A DNA stretch of 64,000 nt from the human T2T-CHM13v2.0 reference genome, Homo sapiens. The stretch lies in assembly GCF_009914755.1 (NCBI RefSeq), contig NC_060928.1. One strand, written 5' to 3'. Both the position numbers and the translations under genes were made by a program. The notes under the pieces were generated by a model. The model worked only from the letters and a program-made list of their open reading frames with translations. It did not search any database and had not been told where the DNA came from. Shown piece by piece: positions 28,151 to 44,966 of the stretch (positions are counted from its first letter, which is position 1; every line of letters starts with the position of its first letter).

Positions 28151-28590
28151 AAAACGCCATTGATATTCTTCAAATTTCTTTTAAATCGGAATGCAAATTA
28201 AGGTAGCTGTTTAGGGGCAACATAATTTGAAGTTGCTTAATCTTTGTACCATAACGCTCCTTAAAAATTTCTCTGTATGGGTAGCAGAATTTAAAAGGAG
28301 TCTTATAATTCATCTGTAAATGTGGCTGTTTTAAAGTAGTTTAATTAAGTATACAATAGAAGGAACTTTTCCTGGTTGGGCAACTTCAAGTATTAATTTG
28401 CAAGTGTGTCTTCTCAGGCCCCTTATGAGACACAGTGGCTCAGAGAAAGCAACCACTCAGTCCTGAGAGACGTGAATCAGAGTTCTAAGTGACTTCACAT
28501 TGAACATTCATTAATGTGTGTCTGCTACTGTCCTAAGCACTTTCAAATGCAATAATTCATTTAATTTTCACAGTAACTTTCTGAGGTAGC

Positions 28591-29541
28591 ATAGTAGAAA
28601 ATATCGGTGGCTTGATTGGTCACCTTTACCTGGCTGTGCCTTTACCCTCTAGCGGCTGTGAATTTTGAGTGCCAACTGTTCACAGATGCCTTCATCACTG
28701 GAGAATTATTTTCTTTCTCACTAAGGCATCTTGCTAGAGAGATTAGCAAGGTATAAAAGTTGTTTCCTTGCCACAAGGAGAGGCCAACTCTGTTTTTCCC
28801 CCAATAGATTCATTCTGAAATAGGCTCCCTGGTGAACACACTTTTTTTGGTATTTACCTATTAGTGTGGCCCCCTTCTATATTGAATTTGGGATAACCCT
28901 GTGTAACCAATAGAATGTGGCAAAAGGGATACTGCATGATGGTTGGTTATAAGAGGCTTTGAAGCACCTGCAAATGTCTCTTGCAATATTTGTTCTGAGG
29001 AAGGCAAGGCAGGATGTAACAAAGCCTGCCCATTCTTTGGGGGCCATGCTATGAAGAGCTCAAGCCAGTCACAGAGAGAGATGTGTAGACAGACAGAGAA
29101 GAGCTGGCCCTCAGGTGTTCCAGCCCTCCCGGCCCAAGTGTCAGACACGTGAGTGAAGAAACCATCTAGGCCATTGCATCCCCAGTAAATGCCACATGGA
29201 ACTTAAGCCTCCAGTCATGCTCTCTCAGCCACCTCCAGCTGTTTGAGCCACTTTATCTCACACGGTGGAGCAGAGACAAACTTCACTGTACCCTGCCCGA
29301 ACTCCTGAACCACAAGAATCATGAGACAATGTAAGGAATGTTGTTTTACTCCATGAATTTTTGGGTCAGTCTGAAGCAATTGATGATGAGACACGAGGGG
29401 AGGTCATGTGCATGCTCTGCTTTCCCCCGGGTCCATCCTGTTCCTCACTTCTCCCTGTTTTCCTCAGCACAGCCCTTCAACAATTTACCTCCATAAGAAG
29501 CTTTTTCTTAGCTCTTCTTCTAGATCATTATGCCTAAAACA
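28591..29541 (+). mobile_element. LTR16A-like LTR split by an MLT1
   Basis: tagtagaaaat...cctttacctggctg...ctgttcacagatgcc...ggagaatt; 3' part ~29395-29541 ends cctaaaaca; ggtag duplicated at the flanks. Confidence 0.65.
28810..29395 (+). mobile_element. MLT1G/H-like (MaLR) LTR
   Basis: accaatagaatgtggcaaaa...cagacacgtgagtgaagaa...ccctgcccgaactcctgaaccacaagaatcatgaga. Confidence 0.78.
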
Positions 29542-30995
29542 GGTAGGTTCTATTAGCTTCACATTTTAAAGATGCTCAAACTGAGGCACAGATGAGTAAA
29601 GCCAATTACTCAAAGTTACACAGGGAGGAATTCTGAGAGCTAGAGTTTGAACCTGGTCCCCCAGCCTTTTTTGTTTACCAGAATGGTCTACTGCTCCTGA
29701 CCAGAGTTACTGCTGCTTACTATGGCCAGGAAATTGTGTTGGGCGATTATGCTAAACCTTCAAGTCAAAGAAGACTTAAATATAAAGAGCAATCATTAAC
29801 TCACTTTCTGATTTTTTTTTTCTTACTCCAAGGGTCTGTGTCTTCCACTGTGAGACAGAATCCACTGTCTTGTTTAGCATGTGAGCCTTCTGTGCGATGG
29901 CAGGAGGACAGCTCATGGGGCTGGCTGGCTGGTAGCCAAGTGCACCGGTGTTCTGTTTGCACCATGCCAATCCTTTTGTCACTTGTTAAAAATTCAGTGT
30001 TATCTCCTCTCCTAAACATTGCTACCATCTGCCTACACATGAATTTGACAATGATTTTGTAGTAATTGCAGCTGTGTGTTGGATACCAATTATTATTATA
30101 TAGACTGACCAATACAAATTCACTTTTAAGCATCTATTTTTTTTAACTCTACCCTTCTAATCTTCCCCACCTCCCTGTCTCCCCTAAGCAGCTTGTTGAA
30201 TCTTTTGAAAGTTTGTGACGGTCTGTCTTGAAAACTATTGATGTTTTCTGCCTCAATAAAGAATAAAAAGTATCATACAATTTTTTTCTATACACCCATA
30301 CAACACATTAAAATAGTTCTAGGGGCTAATTTTTTAAGATCACAATAGAATTATAATGTGGACTGGTAAAAGTGTTCACTTAAATTTGTTAAATGAAGCC
30401 AAGATAACTCGTTAGTTTTACAGCAGCATTTTCCCAAACGTGTACTTATAAGTAAGTCAGTGCTTGCATTTATGGATCTCAAGCTTCTTTTTAAATTTCT
30501 TAGGAAATAATACATAATTTAAAATAGTACGTTATTTGCTAGTGCTGTCTGAAAGGTTTGCTAGTTTCTCTTTAAAAAGAAATTTTTGAAATAGCAAAAT
30601 GTTTTTAACATCATGATTTTGCAATGTCATTAAGTGCATTGTTCATCTCCATCTCCACACCGCCTTAGCTGTACATATCAGTTAACATTTGTCACCTTTT
30701 TAGAGTAATAATAAAAATAATTTATATATGCACTTTTCAAGCAAAAATCTTTCATGTGAAATGGCTGGCAGGTTTCTTAAGGGAAAACCATGACTGGTAT
30801 AAAGCTGCTCACAACTGGAGGCAGGAGAGTCTTATAAATGTAAGAATGAAAACAAGAAAATAAGACTTACCTTGAAAGGAAAGCAAAGCCATAAATAATG
30901 GTATAAAAATCTCTTGGTATATATCCTGGAGGTTTTGGCAATTAGTTTCCAGGTTCCATTCAGTGAGAATCCTGTGTCAAAAACTTGAAGAAGAG

Positions 30996-31578
30996 TGTAC
31001 AGGAGAAAAAGAATTAACTCCCATAGCGTTTTAATTAGAATGGGCCCTTGTTACAAAAGGCAGATTAACGAGAAAAACAGAGGCTTATCAACATGTATAT
31101 TTCATATATACAAGTGAGACACCTAGAGTATGAGTACTGCCCCGTGAGGTAGCTTTGAATTTCAGATTGTATAGTATTTTTTAAGAAAAAAAACAGGATC
31201 TTTTTAGAGATGTAACAAGACATAGAGAAAAGTCCTCAAATCTATGGGCAGCAACTTTGGGGGAAGGCAAACAAATGCCAGATAAAGTTTAGTTAATCAA
31301 CTTGTTAATATAAATTCTTCTGGTATCATCTCAACGTTGATGAGAGTCTAAAGCTGTCTTCAGTGTTTAACCTTTGTTCTCTCTGGTTGATATGCTTCCA
31401 GGTTTGGGGAGGGGGGCGGTATTTGGAGAGAACGGGATAGCTTTTGTCTCTGTAAATCTATATTCTACTTTTAGGCAAATAGAGAAAGGGCAGAGAGCAT
31501 TCCTGCATCTGCTTCATCCCAATTACTTCAACTCAACAATTCTTCATATTTTGGGGAGGCATACTCTGGACTCCCAAA
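30996..31578 (-). mobile_element. MER34-family (ERV1) solo LTR
   Basis: Minus strand begins ggagtccagagtatgcctccccaaaatatgaagaattgttgagttgaag; also acaaaaggcagattaacgagaaaaac. Confidence 0.7.
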
Positions 31579-32164
31579 AAGTGTTAAAAGTCAAAACACA
31601 AAGAAAGTAAATAGTCAATGCAAAAAGTACTAAATAGTATTAGCATTAGTAATAATAATATTGCTATTATGAATACCTTTTTTTAACCAACAAACAAAAT
31701 TCTTAGATATCACTCTCCCTGAAAATCCTACCTGGTACCACAGTTGGATGAGTTTCAGTCAGTTTTAGTGATCATGCCTCTGCTTCCCCCTTAAACTGTT
31801 CTGTCATTAGCATCTGACTCACTACCACTCATTCTTCCTATTAGACATTACTTCTTCTGAACCCCTCCAATCTCAGTAAGAGGTCCTTCTTAGTTTTTCC
31901 ATAATGCCATGTCCTTCTATCCTAACACTTGTTTTCCTGTAATTATCTACTTGTTAGTTTTATTCACAATTGTATGCCCAATGCCTAAAATTAAACATTA
32001 GGAACATAGTAAGTGGTGGGATAAACATTACTTTATTTCAATTTTTATTGAGCAGCTACTGCATTCTGGGAGCTATGTTATGTACTAAAAATGCAAAGGA
32101 AAGCCGAACACTGTTCCTGACATTGTGGATCCTCCATTCAAATGTAGGACATACACAGTAGACA

Positions 32165-33840
<1,676 letters not shown>

Positions 33841-35263
33841 AAATAAGAAAATAGATAAAGTAATTACAGCTATATATGCTCTGAATGAAAAAAATAGATT
33901 GTTGTGTTTAAAACAAAATAACAGTGGAGGTGTGAATAGGATTATCAGAGATGATCTCTCTCTGAGATTTTGATAAGGACTTAAAGAATGAGAAGGAGTC
34001 TGCCATGCATAAAGCCAGGAAAAACACCTTCATCAAAGACGGAATAGGAAATAAAAGGGCCTACAATGTGAAAAAGCTTGCCAAATTCTAGGAATTATTG
34101 AAAGACTTTGTGAGTACAGTACAATGAGTGAATGAGGGAGTGGCTTGAGATGGGGATGGAGAGATGAGCAAAAGCCAGCTCACAAAAGTTTTTGAAAACC
34201 ATGATAAGCGTCTTTAGTATTACTCTTAGCGAAAAAAAAAAATGCTGCAACATTTTATGCAAGAGGGTGAAATGATATCATTCTACTCAGTGGATAATGG
34301 ATGAACAGAGAGTAATATAGTAGTAAAAGCAGTAGGAAAAGCAGTCATGTGGCTATTGCAATAGTCCAAGAAAGAGATTGCTGCTGCCTGGTCTGGGGCT
34401 GTGATGATGACATGAAGAAAATGACACAGATTTGAGGTTTATTTTCAAGGTAAAATTGATAAATCTTACTTGTAGACTGAATCAGGGAAGGGATAAGAGA
34501 AAGAACAAAATTAAATATGATTTTCTGTTTGCTGACTGAATGATATATATGAGAACAGAAAGCCTTGACGATTTCTGATATAAAGAAGACTTGTCAGGAT
34601 AAGGTTCATGGAGGAAAAGTCAGACTCATTTTGTTTAGATTAAATCTGAGGGGCCTATGAGATATGCCAGTGGAGATGTCTGGACTCCAACAAAGTTCAA
34701 GTAATGGAACTTCTTAGGTGGTTTTACTATATTCCCTATTTTATAAATAAATTTACTAGGGTATAGAGAAGTTAATTAGTTTCCCCAAATTCCTTCAGCA
34801 GAAATGGAAAAGCGAAATTTATATTAAGTCCATCTCATTCTGAAATTGTGTATATAACTCATTAAGGTTAGAACATTTGGGAAGAATTCTGGTCAAGAAA
34901 ATACAGATTCAGGAGTTGTCAGCCTGATGGTATTCTAAGTCTACAGGTGTGACTTCTTTGGAAGAGGAGAAGGCTGAGACCTGAGGTGTATCAACATGTA
35001 GAGGCAGGCAAAGAAGCAAAGGACACCAAGATGGTACAACTAGTTATGTAAGAGGAAAATCAGGAAAGAGATTTTGTGGCAACAGAGAACATAATGTTAC
35101 CAAAAGGAAGGAAGAGGAATTGAGTTGAATTTTTGAGAATCCAAGTAAAATGAGTACCAGAATGACCACAAATGTTTAATAAACAAATAAATACATGATT
35201 AAGTACCTTCAAAATCTATTTCCCCTCAGAAACTCAGCAGTCTCTTTTTCCCTTCAAGTTTTT

Positions 35264-35597
<334 letters not shown>

Positions 35598-37491
35598 GTC
35601 CTTCAAGTTTTAAAAACAATAATCAGACTGAGATCACAACAAAACCATAAAGTACAGAAAAAAAAATGAAACTAGAAGAAGAAGAATTTGTCGTGTGACT
35701 TTGGACTAGTCAGTAGTCTTTTTGTGAGATTCTAAGTCCTTGCTGTAAAAAAAGAAAGGTTAAGTCTATTCTGTTTTCTTCATAAGTTTTCTTGGAAATC
35801 AAATGTGGTGATGTAGTGTTAAAATGCTATGGAAACTGTTAAAGTGTTAAGAAATCTTGGTTCCTGTTATACATATGTGAACATTTACATTTGTCCTTAT
35901 TCTAGTTCTTCCTTGAATAGTTAACGTCAAAGACTTCAACTTATACTATTTCCTTAGTTTGGTTTGGCCTAGTACTGTATAGTGTGTTTTACAGGATATA
36001 AAACATGTCAGATCAGATACTGTCTTTCAGATGCCCTCATGCATTTTGTAATAATAATAATCATTATTATTATTCATCATCATACAAACATTGATTAGTG
36101 GTCAATTCAGTCTTCTTTCCACATTATTTTCTTCTGGAGATGTAAATAACACTTTTCTAAATTTTTAGGTATATATTTATTCCTGTTGTAATTCACATAG
36201 GACAAATACAGTAAGGCTATGAGAGATAATCTCAAAGTTGAGGGCTTTCTTGGTCCTACTCCATAGTTGCCAATTTAAAATTTTAAAAAAAGGAAAACAA
36301 GAAAGAATACCAGAGAATCATTTTGAGTTTCCTTGTAGAAATCTGTGTGTATAAACATCTTTCTAGCTCCTATCTGTTTTGCAGCCATTACAAGGGGCCC
36401 GCAGATACCATGATTTGAGAGATAAACAAAAAGAATAACAATACTAGCAATAATAACACAGATTTTAAAGTTTAATTGGACAGGCTAAGCACAAAAGCAG
36501 TCTGAAAATGTCAGCAACAGCATATCTGAAGAGGCAGTGTCAGTGTAGAAGGTAATAACAGATCATCAAAGAAAACACGGGGCTGAAAAAATTGCCATTG
36601 ATAATAGAAAGCAAAAAAAATTACTGCCTTTATTATCTGCTAGCTAATTAGTTATAAATTTAAGCTTTATAGTCAGTAGATGTTATTACCGGACCAGAAC
36701 CACCTTTTCACAGTAGCCACGACTATTCGGTGCCTTACAATAACTATACAAAAGCAAATCCTGGCCTGGAATTTTTGTAAGCTAATTTTGTCTTTTCTGG
36801 CCAAGCTTCAAAATGATCTTTCTGAACAAGATTTACAAAGACCATTATAAAGCTCATATATACTCCTACTGCAATATGACAGCAGCCACTACCATTTTCA
36901 GTTCCCTCTCCACATTCAAAGGACCTCCATTCTGTGGTGGAAAATGGGGAAAACACTATCAGGAGACACTGGAGAAAGCAATTTGGTTTTGTGACCTTTA
37001 ATTTGGAATGAGTATACTGAGTTCTTCTTACCTACTATGGACTAGGGGGACTTGAATTATGAGCCCTAAAAGAGTTCAGGCTTTACTTATCTTCCTATTG
37101 GTACTTGCCTTTGGCTTTCTTCTTCAGATGGATAGGTCAAGCAAAAGTCAAAATTACAGAGATACCTAATAAGTAAAGACAAATTGTAAGGCAGGTGGGT
37201 TTTAGTTCATACCTCCAGGAAATACTATTTCATAGATGTGGAATGCAGGCATTTAGAATCACAATGGAAAAAAACCTTCACGTCGTAAAACTGGGACTCT
37301 GGAACCATTCAACTTAAACAGAATCCATAATAGTCAGCCATACCACCTCAATTCAGAGTGATTCAACCTTTAGCCAATTTATAATTTACATTTTAAAATT
37401 TAAGAAATGCTCAAGATATTTTACTAAAAATTTATATTCCAACTCTTTTGCACCTAATGATTATTAGAAAGGGACAGCTTTTCAAGGGCCC

Positions 37492-38100
37492 TATAAAAGA
37501 AAAATGGCATGGACAGAGTTAAACAGGCAAGGAAAACTGTATTCAAGACTGTTGCAATAGGGTAGAGAGGTTGAACTTAACTTCACTGAAATAAAAGTTT
37601 TTACGTGCTAGGGTGAGCTACTGGAAAAGTACTGGAGGATGTTAGGAGAAAAATTAATTAATTTGACTAGGCCATCTGTGTTTGCTAATTGGCACTTGTC
37701 AAAGTTAGGTTCCTACCTTCTCACAGAGACTGGGAGATAGAGGTGCTATCATTTTTTTAAAAACTTCCATTTTAAGTTCTGGGTATAAGTGTAGGTTTGT
37801 TACATAGGTAAAATTGTGTCATAGGGATTTGTTTTACAGATTATTTCATAACCCAGGTATTAAACCTAGTACCCATTAGGTATTTTTCCTGATCCTCTCC
37901 CTCCTCCTACCCTCTGGTGCTATCATTTTTGATGATTACATTTCTTGGAGAAGATTTTGTATTTCAAAGAAGCACAGACATATTTACAATTTCAGGTTTT
38001 CTAAGTAACTGCTCTAGGGAAAGGTCATGGGTCTATAGTCAGGAAGGAACCTGTCTATCATTTATTAAAGCAGAGGGGAATACTGAAATTGTCTTTGACA
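37492..38100 (-). mobile_element. MER31-like (ERV1) solo LTR
   Basis: acagagttaaacaggcaaggaaaactgtattcaagactgttgcaataggg...ending ttgaca; subfamily uncertain. Confidence 0.6.
37756..37915 (-). mobile_element. L1PA13-like 3' fragment inserted in the LTR
   Basis: aggtttgttacataggtaaa...cctgatcctctccctcctcc; TSD ggtgctatcatttt at 37742 and 37916. Confidence 0.88.
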
Positions 38101-39252
38101 ACAGTTATAGAAATGACATTCAATACAGACACTGCCAAAATTGTCTCTAATGATGCACAAACTTAAAGCCTGTATGTTATTCAAGGAAATATGCAGAGAT
38201 TTCTGGGAAATTCAGATTAAAATTTATGAACTTCGAGTTCTGTGCCATGGTTCTACCCCTCACCTGCTAAGACCTCTCACATTGTTTGCAAAAAAACCCT
38301 CAGCTTTACAGTACAGATACAGAATCAAAGGATGCTGTGCTAAGGCACAAATGTTATTTGCCTCTTCTTCAGCCAGCAGGCAATCCCTGGAGAGGGTGTT
38401 GTAAGTAAGAAGGCTAGAGGTGATGTTGAAGGGAAAAGCAATTGCTTCTGACTGCTAATGTTTAATCTGTCCCCTACAGAAATGAAAGCAGTCTTTTATC
38501 TTTGAGTAGAATAAGGTGATTTAGAAGGGGAACAAGATGACACCACAGCAGTTGATGCTGATGCCTTGGCAGTAAATTCAATTCAGCGCATGACTTATGC
38601 GAATTTCAAGACTGAGATAAACTTTGCTAATGTAATGGCTTTTGGGGAACAGTTCAGAATTTCTTCTAAGTCTCTTAAGCTGTTGCTGCTTTGCTATTTT
38701 GACTTACATACTAGAGGCAGTGTTTGATCTGTTGCATTTAATGGCTTACCATCATTTCTACATCTTCATAGATGTATGCTCCAGGCTGAAACCTGACTCA
38801 CAAGTTGAAGGGAACTCATAATGTATTTTTTCCCCAAATCTCAGAACTTCATAATTCAATATAAAACAAAAGAGTAACACATAGAGTGTAAACACTTTCA
38901 TAAATGTCTGCTTTATAATCAATTTGTTTATTCATTTTATTATTCAAAAATTAATATCTGTAAAATCTGGAGACTGTCTTGAATTTTAGTCAATTTGTAT
39001 TGAATAATACAAACATGAGTGTTCTAGTATGTTTAAAATACATTTATTTTTATCTCATGACAGCACCACTGTGTATTTATGATTTTAATGCTCTTTTCCA
39101 CATTGCATTCACATGAAATCTTATGAAATAATAATATTTATAACTTTAAAAAGCAAAAATTGTCCTAAAACAGTTTCACCACAGTATAACTGAAATTTAA
39201 TAAACTGCACATATTTAAAATATACAATTTGATGAGTTATGACAAATATATA

Positions 39253-39653
39253 TGATACAGTTTTGCCGTCTCCCACGTGAAATCTCATCTTGAATTGCAA
39301 TGACCATAACCCCCATAATCCCCATGTGTCAAGGGCTGAACCAGGTGGAGGTAATTGGATCATGGGGGTGGTTTCTCCCATGCTTTTCTCCTGATAGTGA
39401 GTGAGTTCTCATGAGATCTGATGGTTTTATATGTATGTATCTCACATTCCCCCTGCTTGGTCTTCTTCTTCCTGCCGCCTTGTGAAGAAGGTGCCTTGCT
39501 TCCCATTTGCCTTCAATCATGATTGCTTATCCTCTGCCTTCTGCCTGAGGCATCCCCAGCCATGATGAACTGTAAGTCAATTAAACCTCTTCACTTTATA
39601 AATGACCCAGTTTCGGGTAATTCTTTATAGCAGAATGAGAATGGACTAATAAA
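39253..39653 (+). mobile_element. THE1D/MSTA-like (MaLR) solo LTR
   Basis: aaatctcatcttgaattg...ccaggtggaggtaattggatcatggggg...aatggactaata. Confidence 0.88.
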
Positions 39654-41173
39654 ATACACAAACATGAAAATGTCACCATAATCAAGAAAATGAGCATCAT
39701 CCATCACATCAAATTTTCTTATTTCCAATATTCTCTGTTCTTTCTACTTCTAATCTTAAGAACTCTCTGCTCCTAATCTTGAGACCAAAATCAACCTCTG
39801 ATCTACTTTCTGTTATTATATATTGGTTTGACTTTTTAAGGATATTATATAGATGAAATTATACACTATGTACTTTCTTATTCTGCCTTCTTTTATTCAT
39901 TCGTTTTGAGATTCATCTATTTTTTAATGTATATGAATAATTCATTCTTTTTTGTCTAGACATATTCTATTATGGGTTATTCCAGTTTGCTTATGCATTC
40001 ACCTGTTAATAGACATCTGGGCTATTTCCAACTTTTGGATATCACAAATAAGCTGCTACAAACATTTGTGTAAAAGTATTTAAGGTCATATTTTTTTCAT
40101 TTCTATTAGCTTAATACCCAGCAGTAAAACGATTGGATTATATGATATATGTATGTTTAACTTTTAAAGAAATTTACAAAATGTGTTTTACAGTGCTCAT
40201 ACCAACTTTCATTCCTACTGGCAGTGTATGAGAGTTCCAGTTCTTCCATATCCTCACCAATGATTGAGATGGACAGACTTTTAAATTTCAGTCATTGTAA
40301 ATTAGGTGTTAAGTGGTATCTCCTTGTGGTTTTAATTTTTATATTCCTAATACATAATGATGCTGAGCATCTATTTATGGGCAATGCTTGTGTTATACAT
40401 ATATCTTCATTGGTGAAGTGTCTGTTCAAATCTTTTGATGTGTCTACATTGAGGATGCATGTGTTCAAATTTTTATTTTTTGTGGTTTGATTTGCTATTA
40501 TTGAGTTTTTGAGAGTTCTTTGCAAATTTTAGATGAAAGCTTTAATATTGTATTAGCATACAATATCCTAGTGTGTGGCTTTTTATTATTTTAACAGTAT
40601 ATTTTTAAACAGATGTCTTTAGTTTTAATGAAGTCCACGTTGGCAATATGTTCTTTTATGGATCGTGCTTTTTGGCTAACCCAAGGTAGTAACATTTTCT
40701 CCTAAGTTTTCTTTTAAAATTTTTGTAAGTTTGAATTTTGTATTTAAAACTCTAGTCCATTTGCATTAAAATTTAATGTCTTTTGTATACAAAGATTTTG
40801 ATTTTTGCTTATGTTTTTCCAATTGCTCCAGCACCATTTGGTGAAAATAATATCCTTTTCCCATCGTATTGCTTTTTTACCTTTGTCAAAAATTTGCCAG
40901 GTGTTTGTGATCTATCCTTGGACTCTCTACTCTGATATGTCCATCTTTATGATAATATTATACTGTCTCGATTACTACTGCTTTATTATAAATATTGAAA
41001 TCAGGTAGTGCTAATATTCCAACTTTGTTCTTTTCAAAATTATTTTGGCTATTCTAGGTCTTTGCATTTTTGTATACATTTTAAAATCAGTTTTTCAATT
41101 TCTATAAAAATAACTGATAGAATTTTACTGTGAATACGTTGACCCTAAAGACCAACTTAGATAGAATTGACAT

Positions 41174-41900
41174 TGATATGGTTTGGCTCTGTGTCCCTAC
41201 CCAAATCTCATGTTAAATTGTAATCCCCAGTGTTGGAGGAGGGACATGGTGGGAGGTGATTGAATCATGGGGTCAGACTTCCCCCTTGCTGTACTTATAA
41301 TGCAGAGTGACAGAGTAAGTTCTCATGAGATCTGGTTGTTTAAAAGTGTGTAGCACTTCCTCCTTCTTTCTCTCTCTTTTTTTTTTTTTCTTTTTGAGAC
41401 GGAGTCCCACTCTGTTGCCAGGCTGGAGTGCAGTGGCGCAATCTCGGCTCACTGAAACCTCTGCCTCCAGGGTTGAACAAATTCTCCTGCCTCAGCCTTC
41501 TGAGTAGCTGGGCTACAGGCATGCACCAACACGTGCAGCTAATTTTTGTATTTTTAGTAGAGATGGGGGTTCACCATGTTGGCCAGGATAGTCTCAATCT
41601 CTTGACGACGTGATCCACCCACCTTGGCCTCCCAAACTGCTGGGATTACAGGCATGAGCCACCACGCCCAGCCTAAAAGTGTGTAGCACTTCCCCCTTAT
41701 TGCTTTCTTCCTCTTGCTCCAGCCATGTAAGACATGTCTCCTTCCTTTTTGCCCTCCATGATAATTGTAAGTTTCCTGAGGACGCCACAGCCATGCTTCC
41801 TCTACATCCTGTGGAACTGGGAGCCAATGAAACCTTTTTTCTTTATAAATTACCCAGTCTCAAGCAGTTCTTTATAGCAATGTGAGAACAGACTAACACA
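41174..41900 (+). mobile_element. MSTB-like (MaLR) solo LTR containing an Alu
   Basis: tgatatggtttggctctgtgtcc...gactaacaca; perfect 5-bp TSD gacat. Confidence 0.9.
41366..41673 (-). mobile_element. AluS
   Basis: Antisense Alu dimer; taaaagtgtgtagcacttcc duplicated at 41341 and 41674. Confidence 0.95.
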
Positions 41901-42091
41901 GACATTATAACAAAACTGAGCCTTCCAATCTGTGAACAAATTATATCTCCCTATTTATGTAGGAGTCTTTTAATTATCTCAGCAATGTTTTCAGTGTAAA
42001 CCTATTTTGTACAATTTGTAAAAATCTATTCCCAAGAACTTAATATTTTGAATGCTATTTTAAATGATGTGTTGATTTTAAATATTTTAGT

Positions 42092-42404
42092 GTTTTGTTT
42101 TGTTTTCTTTTGTTTTTTTAGAGGATGTCTCACTCTGTGGCCCGGGCTGGAGTTCAGTGGCATGATTGACTCTGGCTCATTGCAACCTCCACCTCCTGGA
42201 TTCAAGCAATTCTCCTGTTCCAGCCTCCTGAGTAGCTGGGATTACAGGTGCCTGTCCCCACACCCAGCTAATTTTTGTAGTTTGTAGTAGAGGCAGGTTT
42301 TCACCATTTGGCCAGGCTGGTCTCAAACTCTGCACTTCAAATGATCCACCCGCCTCAGCCTCTCAAAGTGCTGGGATTACAGGCACGAGCCATTGTGCCC
42401 AGCC
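42092..42404 (-). mobile_element. AluS (Sx/Sz-like)
   Basis: Antisense Alu dimer. Confidence 0.93.
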
Positions 42405-42907
42405 AAAATTTTAGTTTTTAATTGTTCATTGCTATCTATAAAAATGCAATTGATTTTTGTATATTGGTATTATATACTGAGATTTTATTAGTAATAGCTT
42501 TTTTAAAGTAAATTGTATTGCATTTTTTACGCAAAAATTGATGTCTGTGAATAAAAGCATTTTGTTTCTTCCTTTCTGATCCAGATGCCTTTAATATTAT
42601 GCATTGTATTACTTATTTTGCCTTAATGAACTGATTAAAAGTCCCTACGTTATGTTAAAGAAGTGGTGACAAAAATATCTTTTTCTTGTTTCTGATATTT
42701 AGGAGAATGCATTTTAATCATTTTGTGTGACATTAGTTGTAGGTTTCCTTAGATGCCATTCATCAGGGGAAGTTTACTTTCTAGTTTGCTAACATTTTCT
42801 TTTTTTAATTTTATCCATGTGTACTGAAGTATTCAAAATATTTTTCTTTTTTAGTTTTTTAATGTGACAAATTACATTGTTTTTCAAGTGTTAAAGTAAC
42901 CTTGTGG

Positions 42908-43214
<307 letters not shown>

Positions 43215-44549
43215 TAACCTTGTGTTTTTAAGATAAATCCTTAGATTTGGGCATGACATTTTCCTGCTTTTTGTTTCCATTTATGTGTTTGCATCCATGT
43301 TCATGAGAGATTTGTACTACTTTCTTTTTGATTTTTGGAATCGATTATATGGTATTGGTATTTTGTTTTTCTCTAAAAGTTTAATAAGATTTACTAGTAA
43401 AACCATCTGGACCTGTAGTTTTCATTTTTTAGAAAGATTTTATGTAGAAATTCAATGTTTTCAGTATATGTATTCAGATTAGCTATTTCTTCTTGAACAA
43501 ATTTTGGTAGTGTATGTCCTTCAATGGATTGGCACTGTTTTCTCTGTGTTGTTGAATTTCTTGGCATAAATTTGTTCATAACATTGTCTACTATCATGTC
43601 AATATTCAAAGAATCTGTATTAAAGTCATCTTTCTTTATTGAGATTGGTAATTTTTATATTATTTATTCATGATCAATCTTGGTAGAGGTTCATTAATTC
43701 TGCTTATCTTCTCCAATAGTATTTTTTTCACTAATTTTTCTATTTTTTTCTTTTCTATTTCATTGATTTCCAACTTTTATTTTTTAATATTTTCTATTTA
43801 CTTATTTGACATCGAATTTTTTTCTTTTTCTAGTTTCTCAGGTAGAATTTATTAATTTTATGCCTTTCTTATTTTCTACATAGTCCTTTAGTACTATAAA
43901 TTTTTCTCTAAGCATTGCTTTTGTGTCATCTCACAAATTTTGCTATAAGTTTTTCACTTTTCTTCAGTGAAAAATACTAATTTGCTCTTTGATTTCTTCT
44001 TTGCTCCATAGGTTATTTAGAAGTATCTGAGGAATTTCCATAAATGATTACTTTTTTATTTCTAATTTAACTCGATGTGTTCAGAGAATATACGTTGTAT
44101 GATTTGGGTCTTTGAAATTTACTGAGACTTATACTATGGTGCAGATTATGGTCTATTTTAAGTTTGTCTGAAAGGAATGTATATTCTGCTACTGTTAAAT
44201 GGAATACTCTATTTATGTCAATTGAAACAATTTGGTTGATAGTGTTGTCCAAATCTTAAATATCCTTACTGATTATCTCTCTACTTGTTGTGTTAATTAT
44301 GAAGAAAGGAGCATTAAAGCACCTAAATATAATTATAGATTTGTCTTTTTCTCCTTGAAATTTTGTAAGTTTTGCTTTATGTGTTTTGAAGGTCTGTTAT
44401 GTGAATAAACATTTTGATAGAATGATCTCCTTTATCCTTGGCAATATTTTTTTTTCTGAAATCTACTTACTGTAGTGAAAATATAGCCACTCAAGATTTC
44501 TTCAGATTAGGTTTAGCATATTTTTCTCTTTTCATCATTTTACTTTTAA

Positions 44550-44949
<400 letters not shown>

Positions 44950-44966
44950 GACAATTTCTGCTTTTC

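Larger units (their letters stand above)
28500..29665 (-). mobile_element. MIR split by an LTR16A (halves ~28500-28589 and ~29542-29665)
   Basis: ctaagcactttc...tcatttaattttcacagtaactttctgaggtag resumes as ggtaggttctattagcttcacattttaaagatgctcaaactgaggcacaga. Confidence 0.75.
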
